From Candidatus Acetothermia bacterium (GTDB lineage: Bacteria; Bipolaricaulota; Bipolaricaulia; RBG-16-55-9), in contig JACQCZ010000001.1 of the NCBI GenBank assembly GCA_016201405.1, forward strand, positions 8,432 through 72,431: 64,000 bases of DNA. The letters are read 5' to 3'. Positions 8,501 to 19,679 of the stretch are shown in pieces. The notes below the pieces were generated by a model that had not been told where the DNA came from, searched no databases, and was given only the letters and a program-made list of their open reading frames with translations. The position numbers and the translations under genes are program-made. The first letter of the stretch is position 1. Every line of letters begins with the position of its first letter.

Positions 8501-9951
8501 GCCTTGAGATGACCGCGATCGATCAAATATTCCCGGTCGTTGAACTCTATCTCTCGATTGCTAAAGACCTGCTTGCGCTCATGTCCTTTGCCAGCGATCA
8601 AAACGACATCTCCCGGCTTCGCCAGAGCGAGAGCCCTATCAATCGCCAGCCAGCGGTCCTCGATCACTTCATACTGTGCGTCGATTCCGTCCATGCCAGA
8701 CTCGATCTCACTCAGAATCTCTGACGGCTCTTCGTATTTGGGATTATCATTGGTGATGATCGTGTAGGCTGAGAGCTGCCCGCTGATTTTGCCCATCTGC
8801 GGGCGCTTGGCGCGGTCCGAATCTCCGCCGCAGCCAAAGACGGTGATCACCCGCGGGTAGAAGAGCTTTAATGTTTTAATGACCTTCTCTAATGAATCGG
8901 GCGAATGAGCAAAATCAATGACCACGGCAAAGCCCTGTTCCGTAGCGTATCGCTCAAATCTGCCTTCGATGTGTGTGACAGACTCGAGGCGTGCTTTCAA
9001 TTCTTTCTGATCAATTCCGGCCCGCAAACCAACCCCAACAGCGGCCAGTGCATTCTCCACATAAAATTGGCCAGGCAGATGGAGTCGTGCTGAAAATGTT
9101 CCACTTGGAGTATGGATTTTGATCGAAGTGCCTTCCGCGTTCATCTCTTTGATTTCGGCACGGATATCTGCGTTTGAGTCCAGCCCATATCTCAACACCT
9201 GAGCACGGGTGCTCTTTTGAACTTCGGCACTCACAGGATCATCGTAGCGAATGAGTGCCAGACCTGAAGACTTCAGCTCTTTGAATAGCTTCAGTTTTGC
9301 ATCGAGATATGCGTCACGAGATGAAAAATAATCAAAGTGGTCATGGCTGAGATTGGTAAAGACAGCAACATCAAAATCGACGCCTCGCGCCCGTTCCTGC
9401 GCCAATGCATGAGCTGAGACTTCCAGAACTAGATTTTTCTTCCCGGCCTGAACCGCATCAAATGCAAGCCTCTGAATGGTGGCCGCCTCGGGCGTAGTCT
9501 GCTCGACTTCGCGCTCCAAGGCATTTGTGATTGTGTTGATCAGCTTTGTCTCACGCATGCCTAGAGCTGCGGCGCTATAGTGACAGACAGAGCTCTTGCC
9601 CTTTGTCCCTGTGACTCCAACTGTGAACAATTCTCGGGTGGGGTTATCGTAGAGGGCGCAAGCCAAATCAGCGAAGGCCTTGCGAACATCTTCGACCTGA
9701 ATCACGGGAATATTTTCCATCGCCTCAACTGAAGGGTCTTCGACAACAATGGCAACTACGCCCTTTTCAATGGCTGTGGGAATATACGCATGCCCATCAC
9801 TCTTGTGCCCGCGAATGGCCACGAAGAGGTCGCCAGGCTTTGTGGATCGAGAATCTAAAGAGATCCCAAAAATCTCTGGATCAGACGTGAGAGATGTGCG
9901 TGAACCATGCGCTAGCCCGCTGATCAACTGGCTCAACCGTTTTGATCTCAT
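8497..9951 (-). CDS. murE: UDP-MurNAc-dipeptide:diamino acid ligase
   Basis: DSR, VTGTKGKSS, LEVSAH, FTNLSHDHFD, DFAHSPD, FGCGGDSD..KR, DNPK, IAGKGHE. Confidence 0.95.
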   Translation of the reverse strand: MRSKRLSQLISGLAHGSRTSLTSDPEIFGISLDSRSTKPGDLFVAIRGHKSDGHAYIPTAIEKGVVAIVVEDPSVEAMENIPVIQVEDVRKAFADLACALYDNPTRELFTVGVTGTKGKSSVCHYSAAALGMRETKLINTITNALEREVEQTTPEAATIQRLAFDAVQAGKKNLVLEVSAHALAQERARGVDFDVAVFTNLSHDHFDYFSSRDAYLDAKLKLFKELKSSGLALIRYDDPVSAEVQKSTRAQVLRYGLDSNADIRAEIKEMNAEGTSIKIHTPSGTFSARLHLPGQFYVENALAAVGVGLRAGIDQKELKARLESVTHIEGRFERYATEQGFAVVIDFAHSPDSLEKVIKTLKLFYPRVITVFGCGGDSDRAKRPQMGKISGQLSAYTIITNDNPKYEEPSEILSEIESGMDGIDAQYEVIEDRWLAIDRALALAKPGDVVLIAGKGHERKQVFSNREIEFNDREYLIDRGHLKA

Positions 9952-9963
9952 ACCGAGAGGGGG

Positions 9964-11940
<1,977 letters not shown>

Positions 11941-11963
11941 TCACCCCCGCAAATGCTGTTATT

Positions 11964-11992
11964 ATTGTACCCAAATTCCCTTCGGTACGCAA
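11964..11992 (-). promoter_or_regulatory. Sigma70 promoter for the gyrB operon
   Basis: TTGCGT-17 nt-TACAAT. Confidence 0.65.
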
Positions 11993-12016
11993 AAGACAAG
12001 CGTCCTGCCCTGTTGC

Positions 12017-12045
12017 TTGCCTCTTTTTTGTATATCTCTTACGAT
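12017..12045 (+). promoter_or_regulatory. Sigma70 promoter for coaX with leaderless geometry
   Basis: TTGCCT-17 nt-TACGAT, then 6 nt, then ATG; no SD. Confidence 0.62.
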
Positions 12046-12051
12046 ACCCAC

Positions 12052-12831
12052 ATGCTCTTAACGTTAAAAGTGGGCAACACGACCATTGCCGCCGGAATTT
12101 TTGCCGGAGAGAAGCTGGTTGCGGACTGGTCAATCTCTGCTCGCCGCGATTATACCCCGGATGAGCTGGGCATGATCCTGCTCAATTTTCTAGCGGCTCA
12201 CAAGATCAAGGCCTCTCAAATCGAAGGCTTTATCGTCAACTCGGTCGTTCCACCGCTCAACTGGGCCATCTCCAAGGCAGCCCACAAATATTTCTCAACA
12301 GAGGCGATCTTTTTAAATAACCGATTTGGGCTCGTTCCACTGGATGTCAAAGAGCCCGAAAGCGTCGGCGCTGACCGAATTGCGGATTGCATCGCCGGTT
12401 TTCGTCTCTATGGCGGCCCCTTGCTCATCATAGACTTTGGTACAGCAACGACATTCAATCTGCTCTCCCGTGAGGGCCACTTTCTCGGCGGGGCGATTGC
12501 CCCTACCATGGAGCTGGCAGCTGAGTCGCTTGTGAAGACGACGGCCCAGCTCTTCAAAGTCGAGTTGTCTCCACCCCGCTCGGTAATCGGCAAAGATACC
12601 GCCGAAAATCTTCAAGCCGGCATTGTCCTGGGCTTTTTAGAGCTTGTCGAAGGGCTGATTGACCGCTTTGAAGAAGAATACCCGGAAGGGCTCCGCATCA
12701 TCTCTACCGGAGGTCGTGGCAGTTTCTTCAAGGATCAAATTCCAGCCATTGAGATTCATGATGAGCACCTGGCTCTCAAAGGGCTTCGTATCGCCTGGGA
12801 AGAGCGGAATCGCGAACAGAAGAGCCTTTGA
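12052..12831 (+). CDS. coaX: Type III pantothenate kinase
   Basis: Start revised to ATG 12052 (MLLTLKVGNTT); SVVPP, VGADR, IIDFGTATT, GGAIAP, STGG. Confidence 0.92.
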   Translation: MLLTLKVGNTTIAAGIFAGEKLVADWSISARRDYTPDELGMILLNFLAAHKIKASQIEGFIVNSVVPPLNWAISKAAHKYFSTEAIFLNNRFGLVPLDVKEPESVGADRIADCIAGFRLYGGPLLIIDFGTATTFNLLSREGHFLGGAIAPTMELAAESLVKTTAQLFKVELSPPRSVIGKDTAENLQAGIVLGFLELVEGLIDRFEEEYPEGLRIISTGGRGSFFKDQIPAIEIHDEHLALKGLRIAWEERNREQKSL

Positions 12832-12856
12832 CTTGATTTGGCGATTGTGGTAAAGT
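12828..12856 (+). promoter_or_regulatory. Sigma70 promoter for tatA
   Basis: TTGACT-17 nt-TAAAGT with an extended TGn. Confidence 0.62.
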
Positions 12857-12877
12857 TACAGCATTGGAGGAATGTAT

Positions 12878-13186
12878 ATGGAGCAGATGCTAGTAAATAC
12901 ACAACTGGTCTTTATGTTCTTTGCGAATCCGGCCGAATGGATTCCAATCCTGCTGATCGTATTGTTGCTCTTTGGTGGGAAAAAGCTCCCCGAGCTGGCT
13001 CGCTCCCTAGGTCAAGCCCAGCGTGCCTTCCGAGAAGAGTCCAACAAGCTAAAGCGCGATATTGAGGCGGAAAGCGCGAAGGAAGAGATGAAGAGTGCTG
13101 ATGTCGCCTCTCAACCCAAAGCGGCTCCGGCTACAGCTCAGTCAGGCGCTTCCACGAACAGCGGCTCTTCAGGCCAGAAGAGCTAG
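12878..13186 (+). CDS. tatA: Twin-arginine translocase TatA/TatE subunit
   Basis: EWIPILLIVLLLFGGKKLPELARSLGQAQRAFR; ATG 12878 is 7 nt after GGAGG. Confidence 0.93.
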   Translation: MEQMLVNTQLVFMFFANPAEWIPILLIVLLLFGGKKLPELARSLGQAQRAFREESNKLKRDIEAESAKEEMKSADVASQPKAAPATAQSGASTNSGSSGQKS

Positions 13187-13233
13187 ACAAAGAGCCCAAG
13201 ACTCAGCGATTAGCGACAGGAGCAGATCCGACC

Positions 13234-14361
13234 TTGAAACTTCTCGAATATCAAGGAAAGAGACTCTTTGAGACTGTAGGACTCCCCATCCCCAAATGGC
13301 AGATCGCAGACTCCTCTGAAGCCGCCAAAAAGATTACCCAAGAGATGAGGGGAGTCGTGGTCGTTAAAGCCCAAGTGGCGGCTGGAGGCCGTGGCAAGGC
13401 CGGAGGGATCAAACTCGCTAAGACGCCGCAAGAGGCTGAGGATCTTGCAAAGAAAATTTTAGGGATGGAGATCCAAGGTGAGAAGGTTCGCCGTCTCATC
13501 ATCACCCAAGCTGTGGATATTGCACAAGAATATTATGTGGCGATTACGCTGGATCGCTCTCGCCACCGCCCGGTCATCATCTTTTCGACCGCGGGCGGCG
13601 TAGAGATTGAAGAGGTGGCCAAAACTTCTCCCCAAAGCATCCACAAAGCCTGGATCTCGCCTTTGGAAGGTTTCCATGCCTATCAAGCCCGCCAGCTGCT
13701 CTTCGATGCAAAAGTCCCCTCTGCTCAGATGAGCTCGATTCTGAAGGTGATGCTGGCGCTGTATGACGCATTCACACGTTACTGCGCGCATCTGGTGGAG
13801 ATCAATCCGCTCGTGGTCACCCCGAAAAACGAAGTCTGGGCCGTTGATGCCAAGTTCATTTTGGACGACGACGACCTGCCAGCCGAGGCGCCACTAGAAG
13901 AGGAAGCAGGGCTCGATCCGCTGGAGCGGTCGGCGCACAAAGCCGGGATCCAATATGTCAAACTCCATGGAGACACAGGTATAATCGGAAATGGAGCTGG
14001 ACTGGTCATGTCCACGCTTGATGTCGTGCAGCTCAAAGGGGCAAAGCCAGCCAACTTTCTCGATATTGGAGGTGGAGCTTCCGCCGAGCAGATGAGCAAG
14101 GCGCTGGAGCTCGTGCTGAGCGACCCCGAAGTGCGGGCTGTCTTTATCAACATCTTTGGCGGCATCACCCGGGGCGACCTCGTGGCTCAGGGACTTGTCG
14201 AAGCCAAAAAGTCTTTGAATGTGCGCGTTCCACTGGTTGTGCGGCTCACCGGGACCAACGAGATGGAAGGACGTCGCATTCTCGATCAGTCTGGTGGCTT
14301 TATCCCCGTTCGCAGCATGGAAGAGGGCGCAGAGAAGATTGCTGAGTTTGTCCGCTCGTAG
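13234..14361 (+). CDS. sucC: Succinyl-CoA synthetase beta subunit (ADP-forming)
   Basis: MKLLEYQGK, KAQVAAGGRGKAGG, EINPL, DAK, GNGAGLVM, PANFLDIGGG, NIFGGI; TTG start with AGGAG. Confidence 0.94.
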   Translation: MKLLEYQGKRLFETVGLPIPKWQIADSSEAAKKITQEMRGVVVVKAQVAAGGRGKAGGIKLAKTPQEAEDLAKKILGMEIQGEKVRRLIITQAVDIAQEYYVAITLDRSRHRPVIIFSTAGGVEIEEVAKTSPQSIHKAWISPLEGFHAYQARQLLFDAKVPSAQMSSILKVMLALYDAFTRYCAHLVEINPLVVTPKNEVWAVDAKFILDDDDLPAEAPLEEEAGLDPLERSAHKAGIQYVKLHGDTGIIGNGAGLVMSTLDVVQLKGAKPANFLDIGGGASAEQMSKALELVLSDPEVRAVFINIFGGITRGDLVAQGLVEAKKSLNVRVPLVVRLTGTNEMEGRRILDQSGGFIPVRSMEEGAEKIAEFVRS

Positions 14362-14419
14362 CTTGCGACCCAAATTCTATTCAGGAGGAAATTCTTATGT
14401 TAATGGAGGAGGAGATGGC

Positions 14420-16516
14420 ATGAAGCTGACTCGATTTTTAGCTCTTGGCATGCTGCTTGTGGTTGTTGGAGCCGCCACAATTCCAGCATCGGCAGATACA
14501 GACTCTTCGCCATTCATGCTCTTTAAAGATTTGCGTGTGGGCATGGAGGGCATCGGCAAGACCACCATCGGTGGCGATCAGATCCGCATCTTCCAGACGC
14601 GCATCGTTGGCCTTGTAGATAACCCTGGCGAGCTCGATGACTACATCTTGGTGCGCTCCAGCGGCGACCTCATTCGTGAAGCCGGTGGGTATGCCCAAGG
14701 CATGAGCGGAAGCCCCATCTACTTTAACAACAAGCTGGTCGGGGCGTTCTTTGGCTCTTATCTCTTTAGCGACAGCCCGAACCCCATTGGACTCGTGCGC
14801 CCCATCGAGACGATGCTCAAGATCGAGGATCGCATTGAAAAGGCTGTCGATGCAAGCAAGAACGACCAGATGAGCCTTCGCACAAACGATTTTGATCACG
14901 AGCCCAGCGCGGAGACTCTCAAGAATATTCGCTGGGACGATGGATCCACTAAGACGATTGAGTTCGTTGCCACTCCGCCAAGCCTGGCCACCCGGCAGGC
15001 CCATCCCAATACGGCCTATGTCGTGCGCACAGGAACGCCCCTCTGGGTGAGCGGACTCTCTGGACGAGCTTTAGACTGGCTTAGCGCAGGTGTGAATTCA
15101 TCAACGCTGTCACAGATTTCATCAAGTCTCCTTCCTATTAGCACAACGGAAAACCAAAACTTCTTGGATCAATTGTCCAAAGGCTTTGAGCAGCGCTATG
15201 GCACGGCCGTCTATCCTCTGGCTGCCGCCGCAACAGGTGAATCCGGGTCCACAGATTATAGTGAAGATTTTGAAGCAGGGCGCCCCATGGCAGCTCTCTT
15301 GGCTCAGGGCGATGTCCTGCTGGGCTCCGTCTGCACAACGACCTATGTTGATCCGATAAAGAACATTCTGCTCGCCTGCGGACATGAGCTCTTCCGCACC
15401 GGAGACTCCAGCCTCTTCTTGGCCAAAGCCCGTGTGATTGACACAGTCGCCACTTCACAAATCTCGTTCGTCTTGCCAGAGGTGGACAGAACCGATATCG
15501 CAGGCACAGTGCTTCAAGACCGGACTCAGGCGATTGGCGCCTCCATGGATTATCAGGCCCAGCCCATCCGGCTCACTGTGCATGTCCACGATACGACTAC
15601 TGACACAGACCACCAGATCACAGTCAACATCGCCCGAACCGATGGCCTGACGGCCACGCTCGTCTTCACGGCAATTTTGCAATCTGTGGATGACACCTTG
15701 AACAGAATCGGCAAAGGGACCATGAAGGTCGAATATACCATTCGTGGCAAGGGAATGGGTAAGAAGATTTCGCGCTCGGATGTCTTCGCCAGCTTCAATG
15801 ACATTGCGCTGACCGGCCCTCTTCAGGCAGCACAGATTGTCTATTTGATTGACCAGAATGAGTTCGTCGACCCACAGATTGACTGGGTGGACGTCGACAT
15901 TAGCGCTACCAACGACATTCGCTGGTACGACATCAAATCCATCGAGACCGACCAAGAGACGTATCATCCAGGCGATACCGTGCGTTACATCATTGTGATG
16001 AAGTCGTATCGAGGCGATGAGAAGAAGATCACAGGCAGCTTCACAATTCCGGCGGACACGACCGCCCGGCGCTTGACGCTTTACAGCTTTGGTGGACCGG
16101 CCCGCGCCCAGCAGAATAGCCAGTCTCAGCAGGTCGAGTTCAAGAGCTTGGATGAGATGCTTGGGGCAATCGAAAAGATCACAGGGAATGACCAATTGAC
16201 AATCCAGGTGCTGGGTCTGCCACCCAACCCCAAAGACTCATCTGCCGACCAGGACCCCACGCTGGATGTTCAGCATCTCAACGACTGGGTTGTGACTGGC
16301 GAAGACCGCGTCAACATTCAAGTCGAGCCACAGCCAAAGCCTGAGGCCCCCACTAAGGATGGGAACTCGGATAAGGACAAGGATAAGCAGAAGCAATCCG
16401 ATCAGAGCTCAGCCTCGAATTCTGGAAGCTCCGGCTCAAGCCAAGGCTCAGATCAAAACCAGAGCGGAGACTCTGGGAGCAAAGCTCCCTGCGCTCAGCT
16501 CTTCTATTGCCAATAG
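14420..16516 (+). CDS. Exported SpoIVB-type (S55) serine peptidase
   Basis: Start revised to ATG 14420 after GGAGGAGGAG; signal peptide; AQGMSGSPIY catalytic motif; ILLACGH; low-complexity C-tail. Confidence 0.88.
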   Translation: MKLTRFLALGMLLVVVGAATIPASADTDSSPFMLFKDLRVGMEGIGKTTIGGDQIRIFQTRIVGLVDNPGELDDYILVRSSGDLIREAGGYAQGMSGSPIYFNNKLVGAFFGSYLFSDSPNPIGLVRPIETMLKIEDRIEKAVDASKNDQMSLRTNDFDHEPSAETLKNIRWDDGSTKTIEFVATPPSLATRQAHPNTAYVVRTGTPLWVSGLSGRALDWLSAGVNSSTLSQISSSLLPISTTENQNFLDQLSKGFEQRYGTAVYPLAAAATGESGSTDYSEDFEAGRPMAALLAQGDVLLGSVCTTTYVDPIKNILLACGHELFRTGDSSLFLAKARVIDTVATSQISFVLPEVDRTDIAGTVLQDRTQAIGASMDYQAQPIRLTVHVHDTTTDTDHQITVNIARTDGLTATLVFTAILQSVDDTLNRIGKGTMKVEYTIRGKGMGKKISRSDVFASFNDIALTGPLQAAQIVYLIDQNEFVDPQIDWVDVDISATNDIRWYDIKSIETDQETYHPGDTVRYIIVMKSYRGDEKKITGSFTIPADTTARRLTLYSFGGPARAQQNSQSQQVEFKSLDEMLGAIEKITGNDQLTIQVLGLPPNPKDSSADQDPTLDVQHLNDWVVTGEDRVNIQVEPQPKPEAPTKDGNSDKDKDKQKQSDQSSASNSGSSGSSQGSDQNQSGDSGSKAPCAQLFYCQ

Positions 16517-16534
16517 AAAAAGAGTTGGGATCCC

Positions 16535-17938
16535 TTGTGGTCTGTAGAGAAGATTGCTCAATGGGTTCAGGGGCAAGTCTATCGGCCTGACCCGGCTAAA
16601 AAGATCACGGGCTTCTCAATTGATAGCCGTACGATAAAAAGAGGCGAATTCTTTGTAGCCGTCCGTGGCGCTCAGACGGACGGCTACTTCTTTTTAGAAG
16701 ATGCCTTCCAGCGCGGGGCAAGTGGCGCATTGGTTGAGCAGCTTCCAGAAGAGACCCGCGGTCTTTGCACCAATCTCATTCAAGTTCAGGATTCACGGAG
16801 AGCTCTTCAATCTCTCGCATCTTCGTATCGCACATGCCTGAACATACCGGTCATAGCGGTGACAGGCAGCTCGGGCAAGACAACGACAAAAGAGCTGATT
16901 TACGCCATTCTGGCCAAACATTTCAGAGCCTATCGCTCCCCAGGAAATTTCAATACTGAGATTGGGCTGCCACTGGCACTCTTGTCCATGCCACCTAGTG
17001 CCGAAGTCGGGATCTTTGAGCTGGGTCTGCAGCATCCAGGTGACATTGAAGCGCTCTGCAAGATTTTGACCCCCACAATTGGCGTGATCACCAGCATCGG
17101 AGAAGCGCATCTGGAATATTTTGCAGGTCTCGATGCCCTTGCCAATGAGAAATGGCAACTGGCAGAGTTTATTGCCGCTCATGGCGCAGCTCTCTTTCTC
17201 AATGTCGACTCGACTCCACTCTCAGAAAGGGCAAAGAAGATTGGCCTTTCACGTTCAGCCCAGCTATTGGGTTTTGGAATTCAAGATGATGCCGCAGCGC
17301 TGCGTGCAGAAAATATTGAAGATGTCACTCTAGCTGGGCTTCGCTTTGAGATTTGCACTCCAGACAAGAAAATTCCGATTCAGAGCCGGCTCTTAGGGCG
17401 AGCCAATGCCTATGCAATCTTGGCTGCCGCTGGCACTGCTCTATATCTGGATGTCCCGGAAGAAGTCATTCAACGTGCAGTCCGTGAATTTGAGCCTGTC
17501 CAGCACCGGATGGAATTGAAAGAATCGAAGCGCTTCGGCTGGGTGATTGACGACTCGTATAACGCAAATCCCAGCTCCACACGAGAGGCAATCCGTGCCC
17601 TCAGCCGATTTGAAACACCTCTTCAGAAGATCCTCATTATCGGCGACATGCTGGAGCTTGGAGATTCTGCGATGGAGCTTCATCGGGCATTGGCTGATGA
17701 AGTCAAAAAGAGAGATATTAAGCTTCTCTTTACGTTTGGTGATTCTGCAGCAGGACTAAGCCGTGTGCTGGCTGCCAAAAGAGACTGGAGTTCAAAGAGA
17801 GCTATTCACTGCACGTCTCAAGAAGAGCTTTTCAAGCGCTTGGAGAATCTACTGACGAATCATCAAAATCTCATCTTGGTCAAAGGCTCAAGGGGAATGC
17901 AACTCGATCAGCTTGTGGAACGACTCGTCGAGAGTTGA
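16535..17938 (+). CDS. murF: UDP-MurNAc-tripeptide:D-Ala-D-Ala ligase
   Basis: SIDSR, VTGSSGKTTTKE, NFNTEIGLP, DDSYNANP, GDMLELG, VKGSRGM. Confidence 0.95.
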   Translation: MWSVEKIAQWVQGQVYRPDPAKKITGFSIDSRTIKRGEFFVAVRGAQTDGYFFLEDAFQRGASGALVEQLPEETRGLCTNLIQVQDSRRALQSLASSYRTCLNIPVIAVTGSSGKTTTKELIYAILAKHFRAYRSPGNFNTEIGLPLALLSMPPSAEVGIFELGLQHPGDIEALCKILTPTIGVITSIGEAHLEYFAGLDALANEKWQLAEFIAAHGAALFLNVDSTPLSERAKKIGLSRSAQLLGFGIQDDAAALRAENIEDVTLAGLRFEICTPDKKIPIQSRLLGRANAYAILAAAGTALYLDVPEEVIQRAVREFEPVQHRMELKESKRFGWVIDDSYNANPSSTREAIRALSRFETPLQKILIIGDMLELGDSAMELHRALADEVKKRDIKLLFTFGDSAAGLSRVLAAKRDWSSKRAIHCTSQEELFKRLENLLTNHQNLILVKGSRGMQLDQLVERLVES

Positions 17939-17942
17939 GCCC

Positions 17943-19649
17943 TCATGGACTGGCGACAACTGTAAAGAACGCAATCAATGAATTGTTGTTCGCATCTAGC
18001 TCAGCTTGATCCGTTGAGATAATCTCAATCTTGATGGAATAGAGACCGGGATCAAGGGTGCTGGTGTCGAGAGTCGTCTTGACATCCATAGAAAGCCCGA
18101 GCTTCAGGATTTCGATTGTCTTTGTTGAGATGGTCTGGTAGCCCTGATTCTGACCTGAATCTTCGCGGCGAACCGAGAAGACGACTTTGAAATTCTGCGC
18201 ATCCTGATTCCCGCTATTTTTGATTGTGCTGGATACCACAACTTTCTGACCGCGCACAACCGGTGAAGAGGGAGCCAAATCGAGGCTGACCGGGTGTAAC
18301 TCTGGTCCCCGTGCGGCTTGTGGATTCTGGTCCGCTAAGGTCACGACAGCCGTCAAGGTGTTGTCATCCTCATCTGTCTCTTGAATCAGATTGTTCGGAT
18401 CAAGTTTGATGACCCATTCATAATTTCCGAAAGAGAGCCCTGTGGAATCAAACTGAAGCTGCAAATCCAGTCCCTGCTCGGGACCTACTCGCTGGACCAG
18501 TGTACAAGGCGTGATGTCCGTGCCGGTCACAAAGGAATCTGAAGAAGCGCTGCATGTGAATTTCACCGGGACGACAAGCGCCGCAGCACTGCCTTGCGGC
18601 ACTGTGCGGAGGAGAGTTGAGATCTCGACGTTTTGTACGGACGCAAAGCTGCTGTTGTTGATTGTAAAATTTAGCGCAAAGAGTTGGCCAGGTCTGGCCG
18701 CCTGCGGAGAGACCCGCACCCCGCCAAAGCTCAGATTTCTCAGAGGCTGACCCAGAACAAAGTCAAACGTGAGAATGTTATCTTTTGTACTTACTTCATT
18801 TGGAATTACGCCGTTTGGGTCTACCAAAATTCTCATTTGGTAATCACCCGGGTCTATTAAGACGGAAGCAACTTGGGCTTCAATGATCTTTCTCTCACCG
18901 CTCAGAAGTCGAATATTCTTGCAGTCCGGACAGCTTAGTGATGGGGGCGATAACGTTGTAAATTCATTAAATTGGTCATCTCCCACTCGCTTCCGGATGG
19001 CAAGCGAGACATCAAATGGCACGTTGATATCGGCAAGACGGTCATTCTCAATTGTAAAATCAACGGTCAATACATCTCCCTCTCTAGGACTAGAAGGAGA
19101 CAATGCAAATTCGCCTAAGACCAGAACGTTGGGAAAGCGCTGTGTGATTGTAATAGGCGCTTGGCCAGAGTCGTTCTTTGAATTTTCATCCGTAAATTTG
19201 GAAGTCGCAATGATGTTATACGTCGAAGGGCTGATATTTGCCGTGTTGAATTGCGCCCGAATCGTGATACTGCTCCCATCCTGTCCTACAGCCGCAAGTC
19301 CTGGGATTGTGCAATGGGAAGCATCGGTCGAGCTGGCCATGGTCAGACACTGAACTTCGCTCGAGGTCAGGGTACGAGCCGTGCCTGCCGCCGTATCCTC
19401 AAGCTGAAATATGACATCAAAGCTTTGCGTAACCGGGGCAGCATTTCCGTTTGAAATCAAGGCCGAAATTGTGACGATCGTGCCCTGCTCAACCGAGCCC
19501 GAAGGCGAAAGATCAATCGGGTCACGAACTTGAACGTCTGGCTTCACCTGGGCAACAGCAATGAGCCCACAGGCTAAAATTAAAAAAGCAAACGGAACTG
19601 CCGACTTGACAAGAGTCAATGTCAATCTCTCGATCTTCGTGTGAGCCAT
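17943..19649 (-). CDS. Secreted protein with about 4 CARDB/Ig-like domains
   Basis: Signal peptide ending AVA-Q; four units ending in ExxxxN/D motifs (ETDEDDN, ELDANNN). Confidence 0.8.
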   Translation of the reverse strand: MAHTKIERLTLTLVKSAVPFAFLILACGLIAVAQVKPDVQVRDPIDLSPSGSVEQGTIVTISALISNGNAAPVTQSFDVIFQLEDTAAGTARTLTSSEVQCLTMASSTDASHCTIPGLAAVGQDGSSITIRAQFNTANISPSTYNIIATSKFTDENSKNDSGQAPITITQRFPNVLVLGEFALSPSSPREGDVLTVDFTIENDRLADINVPFDVSLAIRKRVGDDQFNEFTTLSPPSLSCPDCKNIRLLSGERKIIEAQVASVLIDPGDYQMRILVDPNGVIPNEVSTKDNILTFDFVLGQPLRNLSFGGVRVSPQAARPGQLFALNFTINNSSFASVQNVEISTLLRTVPQGSAAALVVPVKFTCSASSDSFVTGTDITPCTLVQRVGPEQGLDLQLQFDSTGLSFGNYEWVIKLDPNNLIQETDEDDNTLTAVVTLADQNPQAARGPELHPVSLDLAPSSPVVRGQKVVVSSTIKNSGNQDAQNFKVVFSVRREDSGQNQGYQTISTKTIEILKLGLSMDVKTTLDTSTLDPGLYSIKIEIISTDQAELDANNNSLIAFFTVVASP

Positions 19650-19679
19650 AGTTATAGTTATAAATACTCCAACCTTATT

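Noticed and set aside
15455-16195. 246-aa minus-strand ORF
   Set aside because: Antisense to the S55 peptidase; no motifs.
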